Below, in pieces: positions 35,460 to 45,998 of a stretch of DNA of 64,000 bases (positions within the stretch are counted from its first letter, which is position 1; each line of letters opens with the position of its first letter). The translations under genes were made by a program, and so were the position numbers. Source of the DNA: Candidatus Hydrogenedentota bacterium. GTDB lineage: Bacteria > Hydrogenedentota > Hydrogenedentia > Hydrogenedentales > SLHB01. A model generated the notes under the pieces. That model saw only the letters and a list, made by a program, of their open reading frames with translations. It had not been told where the DNA came from and ran no database searches. The DNA is taken from positions 1 to 64,000 of the forward strand of contig BTWA01000005.1 of the NCBI GenBank assembly GCA_045863295.1. Direction: 5' to 3'.

Positions 35460-37610
35460 CTACGGGATTCGCAATAAAGTCACTCCGTCGCCATGTACTG
35501 CGGCCGCCCACGTCCCTGTGGCGTTCGCCGTGAAAACCGAGGCATCGTTCCATTCGATATCGGCAACCTCTTCGCGTCGATCGGGGGTGGACATGGTCAA
35601 TCGTGCCACGTGCATAACCCCGGTGCCCGAGGCCGTTGAGATGATTAGGTCGCCCGAATGTCCGGCCCAACCGGAGAAACCGGATCGTCCAACGCAGACA
35701 GGCGTTGCCGATGGAGAGGTATTGGAAACCATCAGCGTTTCTCCGCCATCGCCGCCTTTCGAGTAGAAAGCAATTCTCTGCGCGTAGGTGTCAAATGCCG
35801 AGGGTGCGAGCCGAATGGCGCGTGCCTCGTGCAAAATCTGTTCTACGCCGTTGCGAACTATGGAAAGCCGCTGACCGCCGTCAAACGTCGAAATTACCGC
35901 GACCCCTTGGCCGTGTGGCTCTACTTGCAGCGCGTCCACGCGCGCTTGGAGAATGACGCTTGAGACGGGTGTCGACGGGTCGCTCAGGGCAACGACCGAG
36001 ACCATGGACGAGGCCGGTTCCTGGACGATGGCATACGCCATGGCAGTGCCGGAGGTGTTTATGTCCGTGGCAAGCACTTTGCCACCGGGTTGCAGCGCGT
36101 GCACGGATTCAGCGCCGTCCACTGCCAACGAGCGGCGTTGGATAGCCAATCCGGCTTGTTCCGCTGTCATCACGGCCACTACATCGGCCCCTGACCCATT
36201 GTGTGCCACCTGAAATGCATGCTCATTCAGCCAACCCGGCGCGGGTTGCAGCGTCGCTTCCTTGGTCGCGGGATTCAGCGTCCACAGTGCGTATTGCCGA
36301 TGGGTGTACGTATTCGATTTACCGCGCAGGACCGCAATGGCTTTTTCGCCCGCCCATTGCAGAGACACGGTCTCGAAATTCTGCAAAGGCGTTGCCACGG
36401 AGTAGAGGTCCTTGGCCGTCTCAACAAACGTGGACGCCGGAGGTTCCGCCTGCCACAAGGCCGATTCGGCGATGCGATGCGCCTCGAATTGTTGGAGGTC
36501 GATTCCGTCTTGGCGTGCAGTCAACGTTATGCCCGTTGCAATGCCGGCAAAGAGGAGGCAATAGGCCCCATACGCCCATTTCATCCACTTGGGCAGCACC
36601 ATCCACCGGCGTGTTAATGGCTTCGCAGCATCTTTCAATGCGGCCACCGCCCGATTGACCGATACGCTCGATGGGTTAGCCACACCGCCCTGCTGTGCCT
36701 TTTCATTTTTCAAATCGCGGCGAAATTCGACTACTGCCCAGGCCGCGGAAAGTTCGCGTTCATCAAGCGGCTGGCCGCGTCGTACGCGTTGCATGGCCGA
36801 CCGCAAGGCAATGGCGGATTGCGGCCGGGCTTTCGGGTCCTTGTCCAATAACCACGCGATGAGCCGTTCCACATCTTCGGGAAGATCACCGACATGTTCG
36901 CTTACACGAGGCGTGGGATTGGCGAGAATTTGTTGAATGAGTTCCCCCGAAGACGCCGCGTCGAACGGCAAGTGACCGGTTACCATTTGAAAGAGCAGCA
37001 CACCCAGCGAATACAAGTCGCTGGACGCGGAGGCATCCCCGTTCTGGCAACGTTCGGGCGCCATGTAGTGAGGCGTGCCCAGCCGCGATCCGTCTACCGT
37101 AAGGCCATCGTCCGCCGTGAGAATTTTGGCGATGCCAAAATCGGTAACGTATGCCTTGTCTCCATCAATGAGAATGTTCGATGGCTTGATGTCGCGGTGA
37201 ATGATCTGCGCTTCGTGGGCTGCCGCCAGCGCGGAAGCGATTTGTCCGGCGATATGAAACGCGCGGCGCCATGCCAGCGGCCCTTCGGAATACAGCAGTT
37301 CACTCAGCGGTTCGGCATCCAGAAACTCCATCGCGATGTAGTGGGTGCCGTTGGCTTGGCCGACCGCATAGATTTCCGCGATGTTGGGATGTTCCAGGCT
37401 CGCCGCGGCGCGTGCCTCGCGCGCGAACCGGCTCACAATTTGGGGTTGCGCCTGCAAATCGTCGCGGAGGACCTTTAGCGCGACGATGCGATCCAGCGAC
37501 AGGTCCAGCGCACGGTAAACCACTCCCATTCCGCCACGCCCAATCTCTTCGAATATCTCGTAGTTGCCGAGTATATGGCGTGCCGGTAATGCGCCTCCCA
37601 GATCATGCAT
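35460..37610 (-). CDS. Hanks-type Ser/Thr kinase with TM and C-terminal beta-propeller-like region
   Basis: GRGGMG, VALK, HRDIKPSN, DFG, GTPHYMAPE; one TM. Confidence 0.92.
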   Translation of the reverse strand: MHDLGGALPARHILGNYEIFEEIGRGGMGVVYRALDLSLDRIVALKVLRDDLQAQPQIVSRFAREARAAASLEHPNIAEIYAVGQANGTHYIAMEFLDAEPLSELLYSEGPLAWRRAFHIAGQIASALAAAHEAQIIHRDIKPSNILIDGDKAYVTDFGIAKILTADDGLTVDGSRLGTPHYMAPERCQNGDASASSDLYSLGVLLFQMVTGHLPFDAASSGELIQQILANPTPRVSEHVGDLPEDVERLIAWLLDKDPKARPQSAIALRSAMQRVRRGQPLDERELSAAWAVVEFRRDLKNEKAQQGGVANPSSVSVNRAVAALKDAAKPLTRRWMVLPKWMKWAYGAYCLLFAGIATGITLTARQDGIDLQQFEAHRIAESALWQAEPPASTFVETAKDLYSVATPLQNFETVSLQWAGEKAIAVLRGKSNTYTHRQYALWTLNPATKEATLQPAPGWLNEHAFQVAHNGSGADVVAVMTAEQAGLAIQRRSLAVDGAESVHALQPGGKVLATDINTSGTAMAYAIVQEPASSMVSVVALSDPSTPVSSVILQARVDALQVEPHGQGVAVISTFDGGQRLSIVRNGVEQILHEARAIRLAPSAFDTYAQRIAFYSKGGDGGETLMVSNTSPSATPVCVGRSGFSGWAGHSGDLIISTASGTGVMHVARLTMSTPDRREEVADIEWNDASVFTANATGTWAAAVHGDGVTLLRIP

Positions 37611-39909
37611 GAGCGTCTATCTCCCCTGCACCCGAATCGGGATTTCCATGCGCGGTCTTTTCCGCACCTTCCACCGTGCTCCTATTGGAATCGAGCTGAA
37701 TGATGAGTAGTGCCGGTTCGGAATCGTCCGCTACTGCCGCCGCGTGTGTACCGTCCGGTGAAATTGCTCCAGCCACGGAGGTCACGGCATACCCTGAAGC
37801 GGGCGTTGCAATGGTGGAGCCGGTTTGAAAATCGGTCAGGACAAGGTGAAGGGGCCGTTCGTCGTCCGCGCGCGCGACGAGAATCCAGCGGCCGTTTGGA
37901 TGCCACGCTTGGCGTGCGACGTAGCCCATGCCGAGCCGACGAATGGTTTCGCCTGATTCCACGTTTACTACGCGCACTTCAGGACGACGCGACTGGGCGC
38001 CGCGAATTGCCACCGCAATGCGCTTTCCGTCCGGGCTGAACGCGAACGACGGTTCGATGGATTCACCCAGCGAAATGGGACGGCCGTTTGCCTCGGATCC
38101 GTCTGACTTCACAATCCAGAGTGCCTGCTTGCCCGCTGCATCGGATCGAATATAGGCGATCCGCGAGCCGGTGGGATCGTACAGCACACTTCCAGGAATA
38201 ATAGTGTGTGCCGAAGCAATTTCGAGTGCCTTCTCACGCGTCGCGGTTTCGCGCGCATGCACGCGCAAAGTTGCATGTCCCGCCTCTTGCGAGGCTATGC
38301 AAATGTGTGTGCCCTGCGGATGCATCGCTATGCTCGGCTCGGCGGCATTGCCCACGCGATACGTTTCGCCTCCGCGGGCGAACGGGTGGGCCTCGTTCCA
38401 ACGTTGCGCGTAAACCGACAGATCGGATCCTTCCGGTTCCGCACTTACGGCGTACATTACCAATGCGTCCCGCAGACTGGACGAGTCCGTCATAGTCGTC
38501 CAGGGCGAAATGGTCATTCCGGGCATTTCCAGGGATCCGGCCGCGGTGTTGGACAACACGCTGCGCGGAGCGAGCAGGCTGTACGCGTGTCCGGACTCGA
38601 CGTTGATAGAGGCCAGTCCACGCGATCCCTCCAAGTACGAGCCGGGCCGTCCTTCGGCCACGAAGCCCAGTACCGGGTGCTGCGACGAGATCCAGCTCAG
38701 GTCGCGAATACGAAGCATGGGCACGGCCAGCCGTCCCAATGTCACGCCAGGGGCAGGCGAAGAGACTGTGAAGGCGGGTAACGAAGGTGCGGGCAAAGGC
38801 GCCGCGCCGGCCGTTCCTCGGCTGAGTGCCCAAAGTGAAAACGCGCCGAAGCCCGCCAACGCCAGCGCGACAAAAGCAGTACGCCGAATGCGCCCAGGCT
38901 CCGGCTTTCTGAGGTCGTGCGGCGTGTCGCCTCGCACCATTTCCGACTCGTTAACCGGTGTCGGAATGACACGAATCGAGCGATTGGCCGCTTGTTCTTT
39001 GACGTATTCCGCCAATGCTTCCGGTATGGCGGAGCGCCCGCCATTTTCCGCCAGGAGCCGTTCCATGACAGCCAGCACAGCGGTGGCGTCGGCCGGGCGC
39101 TGACCCGGCTCTTTCTCCATCAGATGCGCTACCACCCGCGCCACATCGTCCGGAATTTCCGGGACAATTCGATTCAGACGGGGCGGCTCTTCTTCCATGA
39201 TCTTCTTGAAAACCGCTACAGGGGTCGCGCCTTGATGGGGCGTTCTGCCCGCCATGATCTCATAAAGCGTTACGCCCAGCGCATACAGATCGGACAGGGG
39301 CGATGCGGGCAAACCTGCGCATTGTTCCGGTGATAGATAGTGGGGCGTGCCGACCAACTGGCAACTCTTGGAGCCATCCGTGGGCACGGCGATGTTTGCG
39401 ATTCCGAAGTCCGTCAGCCGGACCCGGCCTTGACGGTCCAGCAGGATGTTGGCCGGCTTCACGTCGCGGTGCACGATGCCTGCGGCATGGGCGCACTCCA
39501 AAGCCTTGGCCATTTGAATTCCGATATACAACGCGGTTTTCCATGGCACATGACCGTTGCGCCGCCAGTAGCGATCCAGCGGTTCGCCGGGAACGTATTC
39601 CATGGCGATATAGGGAATGCCTTCGTCCATGCCCGCGGAATACACGCGCACGATGCTGGGATTGCGCAGCGGTGCGGCGGCCCGCGCCTCCCGATGAAAG
39701 CGGTGGACACTGGCGGGGTTGCGTGCCAAGGCTCCCAGCAGAACCTTGAGGGCGACCGGCCGGTCCAAGGCCAGATCATGTGCGAGATATACGGTCCCGG
39801 TGGCGCCGCGCCCGATGAGTGCGCGGACCTCATACCCGGCAAATACGGAGCCGAGGAGGGAGGCTTTACCGTTGCTTATACTACGCTTATGTGGGGTCGG
39901 TTTTGGCAT
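37603..39909 (-). CDS. Hanks-type Ser/Thr kinase with TM and TolB-like beta-propeller
   Basis: GRGATG, VALK, HRDVKPAN, DFG, GTPHYLSPE; TM; FSPDG/WHPNG/ISPDG blades. Confidence 0.92.
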   Translation of the reverse strand: MPKPTPHKRSISNGKASLLGSVFAGYEVRALIGRGATGTVYLAHDLALDRPVALKVLLGALARNPASVHRFHREARAAAPLRNPSIVRVYSAGMDEGIPYIAMEYVPGEPLDRYWRRNGHVPWKTALYIGIQMAKALECAHAAGIVHRDVKPANILLDRQGRVRLTDFGIANIAVPTDGSKSCQLVGTPHYLSPEQCAGLPASPLSDLYALGVTLYEIMAGRTPHQGATPVAVFKKIMEEEPPRLNRIVPEIPDDVARVVAHLMEKEPGQRPADATAVLAVMERLLAENGGRSAIPEALAEYVKEQAANRSIRVIPTPVNESEMVRGDTPHDLRKPEPGRIRRTAFVALALAGFGAFSLWALSRGTAGAAPLPAPSLPAFTVSSPAPGVTLGRLAVPMLRIRDLSWISSQHPVLGFVAEGRPGSYLEGSRGLASINVESGHAYSLLAPRSVLSNTAAGSLEMPGMTISPWTTMTDSSSLRDALVMYAVSAEPEGSDLSVYAQRWNEAHPFARGGETYRVGNAAEPSIAMHPQGTHICIASQEAGHATLRVHARETATREKALEIASAHTIIPGSVLYDPTGSRIAYIRSDAAGKQALWIVKSDGSEANGRPISLGESIEPSFAFSPDGKRIAVAIRGAQSRRPEVRVVNVESGETIRRLGMGYVARQAWHPNGRWILVARADDERPLHLVLTDFQTGSTIATPASGYAVTSVAGAISPDGTHAAAVADDSEPALLIIQLDSNRSTVEGAEKTAHGNPDSGAGEIDAHA

Positions 39910-40095
39910 GTTTACCGTATGTGCTACAACATATTGGGTAGACTAGGGACCGTGAGCAGGGTAGCAACAAATAGCACTTTTGTCAATAGTTTTCTTTTTC
40001 GATCGAAACGCCTTGTGTAACCTTCGGGTTCCCGAGTCACGGACGCCCCGCCAAATGGGATATGGTATGTGTAAACCACTGGAAGGAAATATCTT

Positions 40096-41268
40096 GTGAC
40101 ACTAGATGAAATCGTTCGGAACGAATCCCTGCGGCAAAGTCTGGCCCCCGTGACCGCACACCAAGTCTTTCTGGCCCATGCGGGAGTAGCGCCTCTCCCT
40201 CGCGTTGCCATCGATGCCATGCAGGAGTATCTGCGGCGGTCGGGTAACGGAATGCAGGAGAATTCCTGGACCGCCGAGCGCGTGCGGCTCGCCAGAGAGA
40301 CTGCGGCCGAGTTGCTCGGGGCGACCGCAGGGGAGATCGCCCTGCTGGGTCCGACGGCATTGGGGTTGAGTCTGGTTGCGAACGGACTTTCGTGGCAGGT
40401 CGGCGATGAAGTCATCTATTACCAAGACGATTATCCGGCCAACGTTTACCCGTGGAAGCGATTGGAATCTCGTGGGGTGAAAGCTGTCTCACTGGAGCCA
40501 AAGCAGCCCGGTGCCATCACATGGGAACTCATCGAAAAATCCATTACGCCGAAAACACGGCTGGTGTCGCTGGCCACGTGCAGTTTCCTGAGCGGCTACC
40601 GGATCGATTTCGATGCCATCGGGCGGCAGTGCCAGGACCGTGGAATTCTCTTTTGCCTAGATGCCATTCAGTCGCTCGGCGCCTTTCCCATGTCTGTGCA
40701 GTATGTGGACTTTCTCAGCGCGGATTCTCATAAATGGTTGCTGGGTCCCTGCGGCGCGGGGATCGTTTATGTGAAAGCCTCCCGCTTCGAACAACTTGAG
40801 CCCACACTGGTTGGATCATGGAATGTACTTTCACCCAACTTCATCGCGCAAGACCAAATTGCCTATCCCAATCACGCGCAACGTTACGAACCGGGATCGT
40901 TGAACTTACCGGGAATTGTGGGCATGGAAGCCTCGATGCGCTGGCTGCTGAACCTCGGCATTGAACACATCGGGCAGCGGCTGCGCGATCTTCGGCACTA
41001 TTTTCTGGATCGTGTGCGGCCCGAAGGATACCAAGTGTACTTCGAATCGGTGGGAACCGGACACTCCATGCCGGAATCGGCGGAGTCCGGGATCATTTCC
41101 GTTGTCCATGATCGCTTTGACTTGTCCGAGGTCTCACGCACGCTGGCAGCGCATAATGTAATCGCATCGCTTCGTCGCAATCGCGCGGGGCGCGAGATAC
41201 TGCGCTTCTCGCCTCATTTCTACACCACCAAAGAGGAGTTGGATCGGGTGGCCGGCATGTTGAAATAA
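40096..41268 (+). CDS. Aminotransferase class V PLP enzyme (cysteine desulfurase-like fold)
   Basis: DAIQSLG, SHKWLLGP, RYEPGS, RFSPHFY. Confidence 0.9.
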   Translation: MTLDEIVRNESLRQSLAPVTAHQVFLAHAGVAPLPRVAIDAMQEYLRRSGNGMQENSWTAERVRLARETAAELLGATAGEIALLGPTALGLSLVANGLSWQVGDEVIYYQDDYPANVYPWKRLESRGVKAVSLEPKQPGAITWELIEKSITPKTRLVSLATCSFLSGYRIDFDAIGRQCQDRGILFCLDAIQSLGAFPMSVQYVDFLSADSHKWLLGPCGAGIVYVKASRFEQLEPTLVGSWNVLSPNFIAQDQIAYPNHAQRYEPGSLNLPGIVGMEASMRWLLNLGIEHIGQRLRDLRHYFLDRVRPEGYQVYFESVGTGHSMPESAESGIISVVHDRFDLSEVSRTLAAHNVIASLRRNRAGREILRFSPHFYTTKEELDRVAGMLK

Positions 41269-41299
41269 AAAAACCGGGGTCACAGACGGGCGACCCCGG
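41267..41299 (-). terminator. Rho-independent terminator for PEP-CTERM gene
   Basis: CCGGGGTC..GACCCCGG stem with A7 tract on + strand. Confidence 0.65.
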
Positions 41300-41325
41300 G
41301 GCATTGCAGTCTGACGGGCACGAAT

Positions 41326-42009
41326 TTAGGAGTTGACGGTACTTGAACCACGGAGACGGTGAACAGCCAGCCCTGCAATGCCAAGACCCAACATGACAAA
41401 CGTCGCCGGTTCGGGCACAACGCTGATGCCACGAACGGCGATGACCATGTCGTTATAGTCGAAATCTTCCTGTGGATGATTCGCGGGCACGTCTTCGAAA
41501 GCCAACAGAAACAAATCCGCGTATGGCGTGGACAGCGCGACCATGTGATCGCGTTGATCGCTGTTCAGGGTTGCATCGGAGTACGCGATCATCCCGCCTT
41601 GAGACAGCGTGTCGCCATAAAGTCCAAAGGGCCCGCTAATCGATCCCAGGTCGAACCAATCCCCTTGATCGGGAGTTCCCTGGAATACGGGATGCATAGA
41701 GACAGTCCCGTTTTCATCGGTCTGATACCAGCCAAACGACTGATCGAATCCTGCGAAACTCACAAGGAACACGACCCAGGAATCCATGTCGGAAAGCGTG
41801 AATAGGGTGTCGTCGTCCAACTGGACGAGCTCATTGCTGGACTGAAAATCAGTTCCGAAAAGGTGATTGTAGATTTGGTATACGTTGCGTTCGCCCGCGC
41901 CGCCTCCGCCGTTGGGCGACCACGAATCGTGGATGTAGGTGGCATGAACGGAACCGCAGAAACAGGCAACCGCGAGACAAAGCGTCGAAATGGTGCGCAC
42001 CCCACTCAT
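41326..42009 (-). CDS. PEP-CTERM sorting-domain protein (DUF4114-like)
   Basis: Signal peptide, FEDV..DFDYNDMV, VPEP-TM-basic tail. Confidence 0.9.
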   Translation of the reverse strand: MSGVRTISTLCLAVACFCGSVHATYIHDSWSPNGGGGAGERNVYQIYNHLFGTDFQSSNELVQLDDDTLFTLSDMDSWVVFLVSFAGFDQSFGWYQTDENGTVSMHPVFQGTPDQGDWFDLGSISGPFGLYGDTLSQGGMIAYSDATLNSDQRDHMVALSTPYADLFLLAFEDVPANHPQEDFDYNDMVIAVRGISVVPEPATFVMLGLGIAGLAVHRLRGSSTVNS

Positions 42010-42069
42010 TTTCCTCGTCTCCAAGTCGAACCAGAAGTTAGGCACGTTTATCTGTTTGATCACTTTAAT

Positions 42070-42085
42070 TACAACAATCGTGCCA
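42070..42085 (-). promoter_or_regulatory. Putative sigma54 promoter of PEP-CTERM gene
   Basis: Minus strand TGGCACGATTGTTGTA; PEP-CTERM genes are commonly sigma54-controlled. Confidence 0.6.
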
Positions 42086-42309
42086 ACCATGCTCGGATGT
42101 GTAAGATAAACCTGGACAGTCTCTTGTGGGAACTACTCCACAAATATAGTTTGTTGATATGGCACTGAATGGCGCAAATTTCGCTACAAATTACTCACAT
42201 TTGAGCAATATTGTCCGGGTCCTGTCTCGAATCGACCAACTCCCAACTCAGATAAATGCCGGAGAGTACCTGCTGGACGAAGCAGGCAAATTCGTGATAA
42301 GAATCAGGC

Positions 42310-42663
42310 ATGCCAAACTTCTACGATGCGGTGCATAGACTGGTACGGGAAATTCCGCGTGGTCGGGTCACGACGTATGGTCGAATTGCCGCAATTCTGG
42401 GGTGTCCACGGGCGGCCCGAGCCGTCGGGTATGCGATGAAGGCCAGTCCGGATGACGTCCCCTGGCAGCGAGTCATCAACCGAAAGGGTGGCATCAGTGC
42501 GCGCGGGGAAGTGGAACGGCCCATGCTCCAGCGGGAACTATTGGAACAGGAAGGCGTCGAATTCGATGCCGATGGCAACTGCGATCTCAAACAATATTTG
42601 TGGACGCCTTCAAACCCTGACGATTTCCTGTACGAAGGCAATATGGACATGCCCTTTCGCTAA
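42310..42663 (+). CDS. Alkyltransferase-like protein (ATL/YbaZ, MGMT family without catalytic Cys)
   Basis: IPRGRVTTYG, ARAVG, PWQRV in place of PCHRV. Confidence 0.9.
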   Translation: MPNFYDAVHRLVREIPRGRVTTYGRIAAILGCPRAARAVGYAMKASPDDVPWQRVINRKGGISARGEVERPMLQRELLEQEGVEFDADGNCDLKQYLWTPSNPDDFLYEGNMDMPFR

Positions 42664-42684
42664 GGCCGTGGGCTGCCCACGCGG

Positions 42685-43965
42685 TTATCGGTTGATGATG
42701 CTCTCTAGGGCGGAAAGCAGGACGGGGCCCGTCTCCGGGCCGAGCGACATGCTTGTAAGGTACTCGGCGTGCGGCAGTGACCCGTCTGTGAAATATTCCG
42801 GCTTCAGAATGTATCCCAATGCATCGAGCCCAAGCCCGATCACAAATTTGGGCTCTGTTGGCATCCACTCCTTAGTGGCGAACGAGTAAGCGGGTGGTGT
42901 CTCTCCGGGGTGCGTTGCGAACTGGGCTGACCCGACGGCAAACCACACCACTTCAGATTCCACGGTGTCGCCAACCTCTCTCTCGATGACCCCAGCCTGG
43001 CTCAACATTTTCCACCCTTCGTTTTGCACAGGAAAAGTTACCTTCTTGCTGGCAAAGCGGATCCGGGTTCCTTCCACGGGTTGAGCCTTGGTCAACGCGT
43101 TGATGACCGTCTTGGCGAGATCGCCGCCGTAGGTGTCCGCGAGTGGAAAGCTCCGATCGCCTTTGTCGGGTTGTACCCAACCGCCCACGGCGCCCTGCAC
43201 AAACACGTGTTCACCAGGCAGTGCCTTTGCCATCGCACGGTAAAACCCGCCTACATAATCCGCCGATACGACGCTATGTACGGCGTCAAAGACCGTGGGA
43301 TGGCACGCGAAATTCGTGATGGTGACGACGTTCGAGCCCGCCGAGTCCAGGCACTGCAACGAGGTCACCGATCGATCCAACACGCCGGGTTCGCAGATGT
43401 TGTGAACCCATTCGCCAGGGTACTGTGTGGTGGCATATTGGAGGGTTACCGGCCTCATTGATTCCGCCGCACTACGCACTTGATCGGATGCGGACTCCAC
43501 GAGGAACTTCATGTACGCAGGATCGACACCGGAATGCATCTCGTCCGGACCCCAGATGCCCACAACGTCAGGTCCGGAATGGGTGTGTGTGGACGATACC
43601 ACGACACGTTCGGGCGGCAGTGTCATTGACGTGACTTTTTCCGAGGCGCGCCGCCGGATCTCCTGTACTGTAGTGTACGAGAGTCCAATGCAATCCACGA
43701 CCACCAGCGCAGCCGCGGACTGTTCGTCGGAAAAAACAACCGCTTTTGCGAAAAGATCGTCGTGTACACTCGTAAACCGCCGGTTCCGCGCATCGCCGGC
43801 GATAAACGAACCCATGGGCGGATTCACCGTGGCAGAAGCCGCACCCGCATGTATCATCGTGGAATTTCCTTCGACTTGTCCGTAGGTGGTCTCCACCGGA
43901 CCAATCAACGCGACGGTCACGACGGCGCAGATCCATTTCCAATGGGTTCCAATTTTGCGTGTCAT
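42685..43965 (-). CDS. Neutral/alkaline ceramidase-like secreted hydrolase
   Basis: HDDLFAKA, STHTHSGPD, NFACHP, SADY, PGE motifs; signal peptide. Confidence 0.75.
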   Translation of the reverse strand: MTRKIGTHWKWICAVVTVALIGPVETTYGQVEGNSTMIHAGAASATVNPPMGSFIAGDARNRRFTSVHDDLFAKAVVFSDEQSAAALVVVDCIGLSYTTVQEIRRRASEKVTSMTLPPERVVVSSTHTHSGPDVVGIWGPDEMHSGVDPAYMKFLVESASDQVRSAAESMRPVTLQYATTQYPGEWVHNICEPGVLDRSVTSLQCLDSAGSNVVTITNFACHPTVFDAVHSVVSADYVGGFYRAMAKALPGEHVFVQGAVGGWVQPDKGDRSFPLADTYGGDLAKTVINALTKAQPVEGTRIRFASKKVTFPVQNEGWKMLSQAGVIEREVGDTVESEVVWFAVGSAQFATHPGETPPAYSFATKEWMPTEPKFVIGLGLDALGYILKPEYFTDGSLPHAEYLTSMSLGPETGPVLLSALESIINR

Positions 43966-44013
43966 GTAGCCCCTCGCATGGTGTTGTGCCGTCCCGGAGC
44001 AGCTGTTGGTCGG

Positions 44014-45729
44014 CTATTTGTCCGCAGTTGCGGCTTCCGATTCGTCCAGTGCTGAGGCCCGATCACGAAGGGTCTCGCCGGTCGCGGATCGCAGGGAATG
44101 CCACGCCTGCCGCAATTGCACGCGCGCGGATGCCAGATTGGCCTGCGCAGCGATTAGATCTCGTTGCGCTTCATTCAAACGAACCAGCGAACCTACGCCC
44201 GCACTGTATTCCTTCTCCACGAGATCCCGGTTTCTTTGAACGAACGTTGCGTTGGCCCGCTGAAGCACGAGCAGTTCCTGCGCGGACTTCAGCGCTTCGA
44301 TGGCCTGACGCACCTCCGAAGCCACGCCCAATTCCGTTTGATAAAGATTGCGCTCTGCTTCGTCGCGCAGGGCCTTTGCCTCAGCGACCCGGGCTACGTT
44401 CCGGCCACCGGCAAACAGCTCGTAATTCACCGATACGCCGACCGTGGTGCCAAAATCCTCTTCGCCGAAATGCAGGTTTTCATCGCGCACGGCATCTTTC
44501 GACACGCCAGCTACGACGGTAGGGTAATACGCGGAGCGTGCGCGTCCTATGCCGGCTTCGAACCGTTTCACCGAAAACTCGTTCAGACGTAAATCGGGGC
44601 GGTAGTTTTTGGCCAGTTCAAGAGATTCATCGGTATCCGGCAGGTTGAGTTCCTGCAACGACTCCGACTCCAGATCGGCAACCTCCATTTCGCTCGGAAA
44701 CTTTGACTCCGGCAGGGCTAGCAATTCCGCCAGCACGATCAATGCGGTCCGGTACTGTTCTTCCTGCACGATGCGCGCCGAACGCGCCGCGTTCGCCCTT
44801 ACTTCAAAGTTCAATTCATCGCTCAGCGATCCAGTGCCAACGCGCCGGCGCGCGCGGGCTTCTTCCAGTTGGCGGCTGTTAAATTCCTCATCGGCTTCCG
44901 CGATGGCCACGTTTTCGCGAAAGAGCTGCGCGGCATAGTAGGCCTGAGCAACCGCATCCAGGAGCAGCCGGTGCGCTTCGTCATAAGCCGCTTCGGTCTC
45001 GTGCAGCCCAAACTTGGCTTCCGCATTCGCGAACTTGCGATCAAAACCGTTGAACACAATCCAATTGGCCGCTATGGAAATCCTGTGGTCTTCAAACGAA
45101 TCGTCGACCAGCCGCCGGGCCTGCGCGGCGCGCAGCCAGGTCGCCACGAAATCGTTAAAGATGGGCTGTTGCGCCAAAGGTGACTGACCCGCTCCGCCCG
45201 TACCCGTCAAGAAGGCGAGCCCTTGGGCAAACGCACTTAGCCAGTCGGCCTGCAGCTTGCCGATGGTTTGCAGGCCAAAATTTCTCAAGTAGGCGTCGGA
45301 AGCCTGATTGCGAAATGAGCGGTAGGTGTTTTCAGCCAGCCATGTGTAACTTGTCGAACCGGACAGCGTCACGGTCGGATACCACAAGCTTCGCGCTTGC
45401 TTCACCCGCGCTTGCCCTTGCCGGACACGCGCCTCGGCCGCCTGCAACGACGGATTCTCAATGAGGGCGATTCGCTGCGCCGTATTGAGATCGAGCACTC
45501 GAAGTTCGCCGGACGCGAGGGCCTCGATCGACAAACGGCCCGGGGTTTGACCGGCCGATTCGCTTTCCGCTTTTGCATCGGCTTCCGCAACAGGTTCCGG
45601 CGAAGTTGCCGTACTGTCTGCCGGGACCGTTTCCGGTGACTCGGGTTCTGTGAACGCATCCGGGGGAGATAACACGGACAGGCCCAGTAACACGAGCCAC
45701 ACACTACGCCGGATTCCGCTAGCAATCAC
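44014..45729 (-). CDS. TolC family outer membrane efflux protein
   Basis: NPSLQAA, two OEP repeats (WYPTV, YYPTV, LFAGG); GTG 45729 after AAGGAG; start uncertain. Confidence 0.9.
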   Translation of the reverse strand: MIASGIRRSVWLVLLGLSVLSPPDAFTEPESPETVPADSTATSPEPVAEADAKAESESAGQTPGRLSIEALASGELRVLDLNTAQRIALIENPSLQAAEARVRQGQARVKQARSLWYPTVTLSGSTSYTWLAENTYRSFRNQASDAYLRNFGLQTIGKLQADWLSAFAQGLAFLTGTGGAGQSPLAQQPIFNDFVATWLRAAQARRLVDDSFEDHRISIAANWIVFNGFDRKFANAEAKFGLHETEAAYDEAHRLLLDAVAQAYYAAQLFRENVAIAEADEEFNSRQLEEARARRRVGTGSLSDELNFEVRANAARSARIVQEEQYRTALIVLAELLALPESKFPSEMEVADLESESLQELNLPDTDESLELAKNYRPDLRLNEFSVKRFEAGIGRARSAYYPTVVAGVSKDAVRDENLHFGEEDFGTTVGVSVNYELFAGGRNVARVAEAKALRDEAERNLYQTELGVASEVRQAIEALKSAQELLVLQRANATFVQRNRDLVEKEYSAGVGSLVRLNEAQRDLIAAQANLASARVQLRQAWHSLRSATGETLRDRASALDESEAATADK

Positions 45730-45998
45730 GAGACCAACTCCTTCCGCAATTCCGCACTTTGGAAAGTTCAACTGAAACATCCGTTCCCGCAAACTCTCCC
45801 GCACCCTTGCAAGGACACCGGCCATTCGGCCCATCCTCGATCTTGCACACAGCCGGTTGGCTGGCCTCCCTCGCCGGCAGGGTACGCATTGTCGGTACTA
45901 CACACAGTCCGCAAATCGTTCGTCAATAACGAGTACGACGCGATTCCAAGCGTCGTCTATTGCGCCACACAGGTTCTCCGCCGGGCCCCAAAGGCCGA

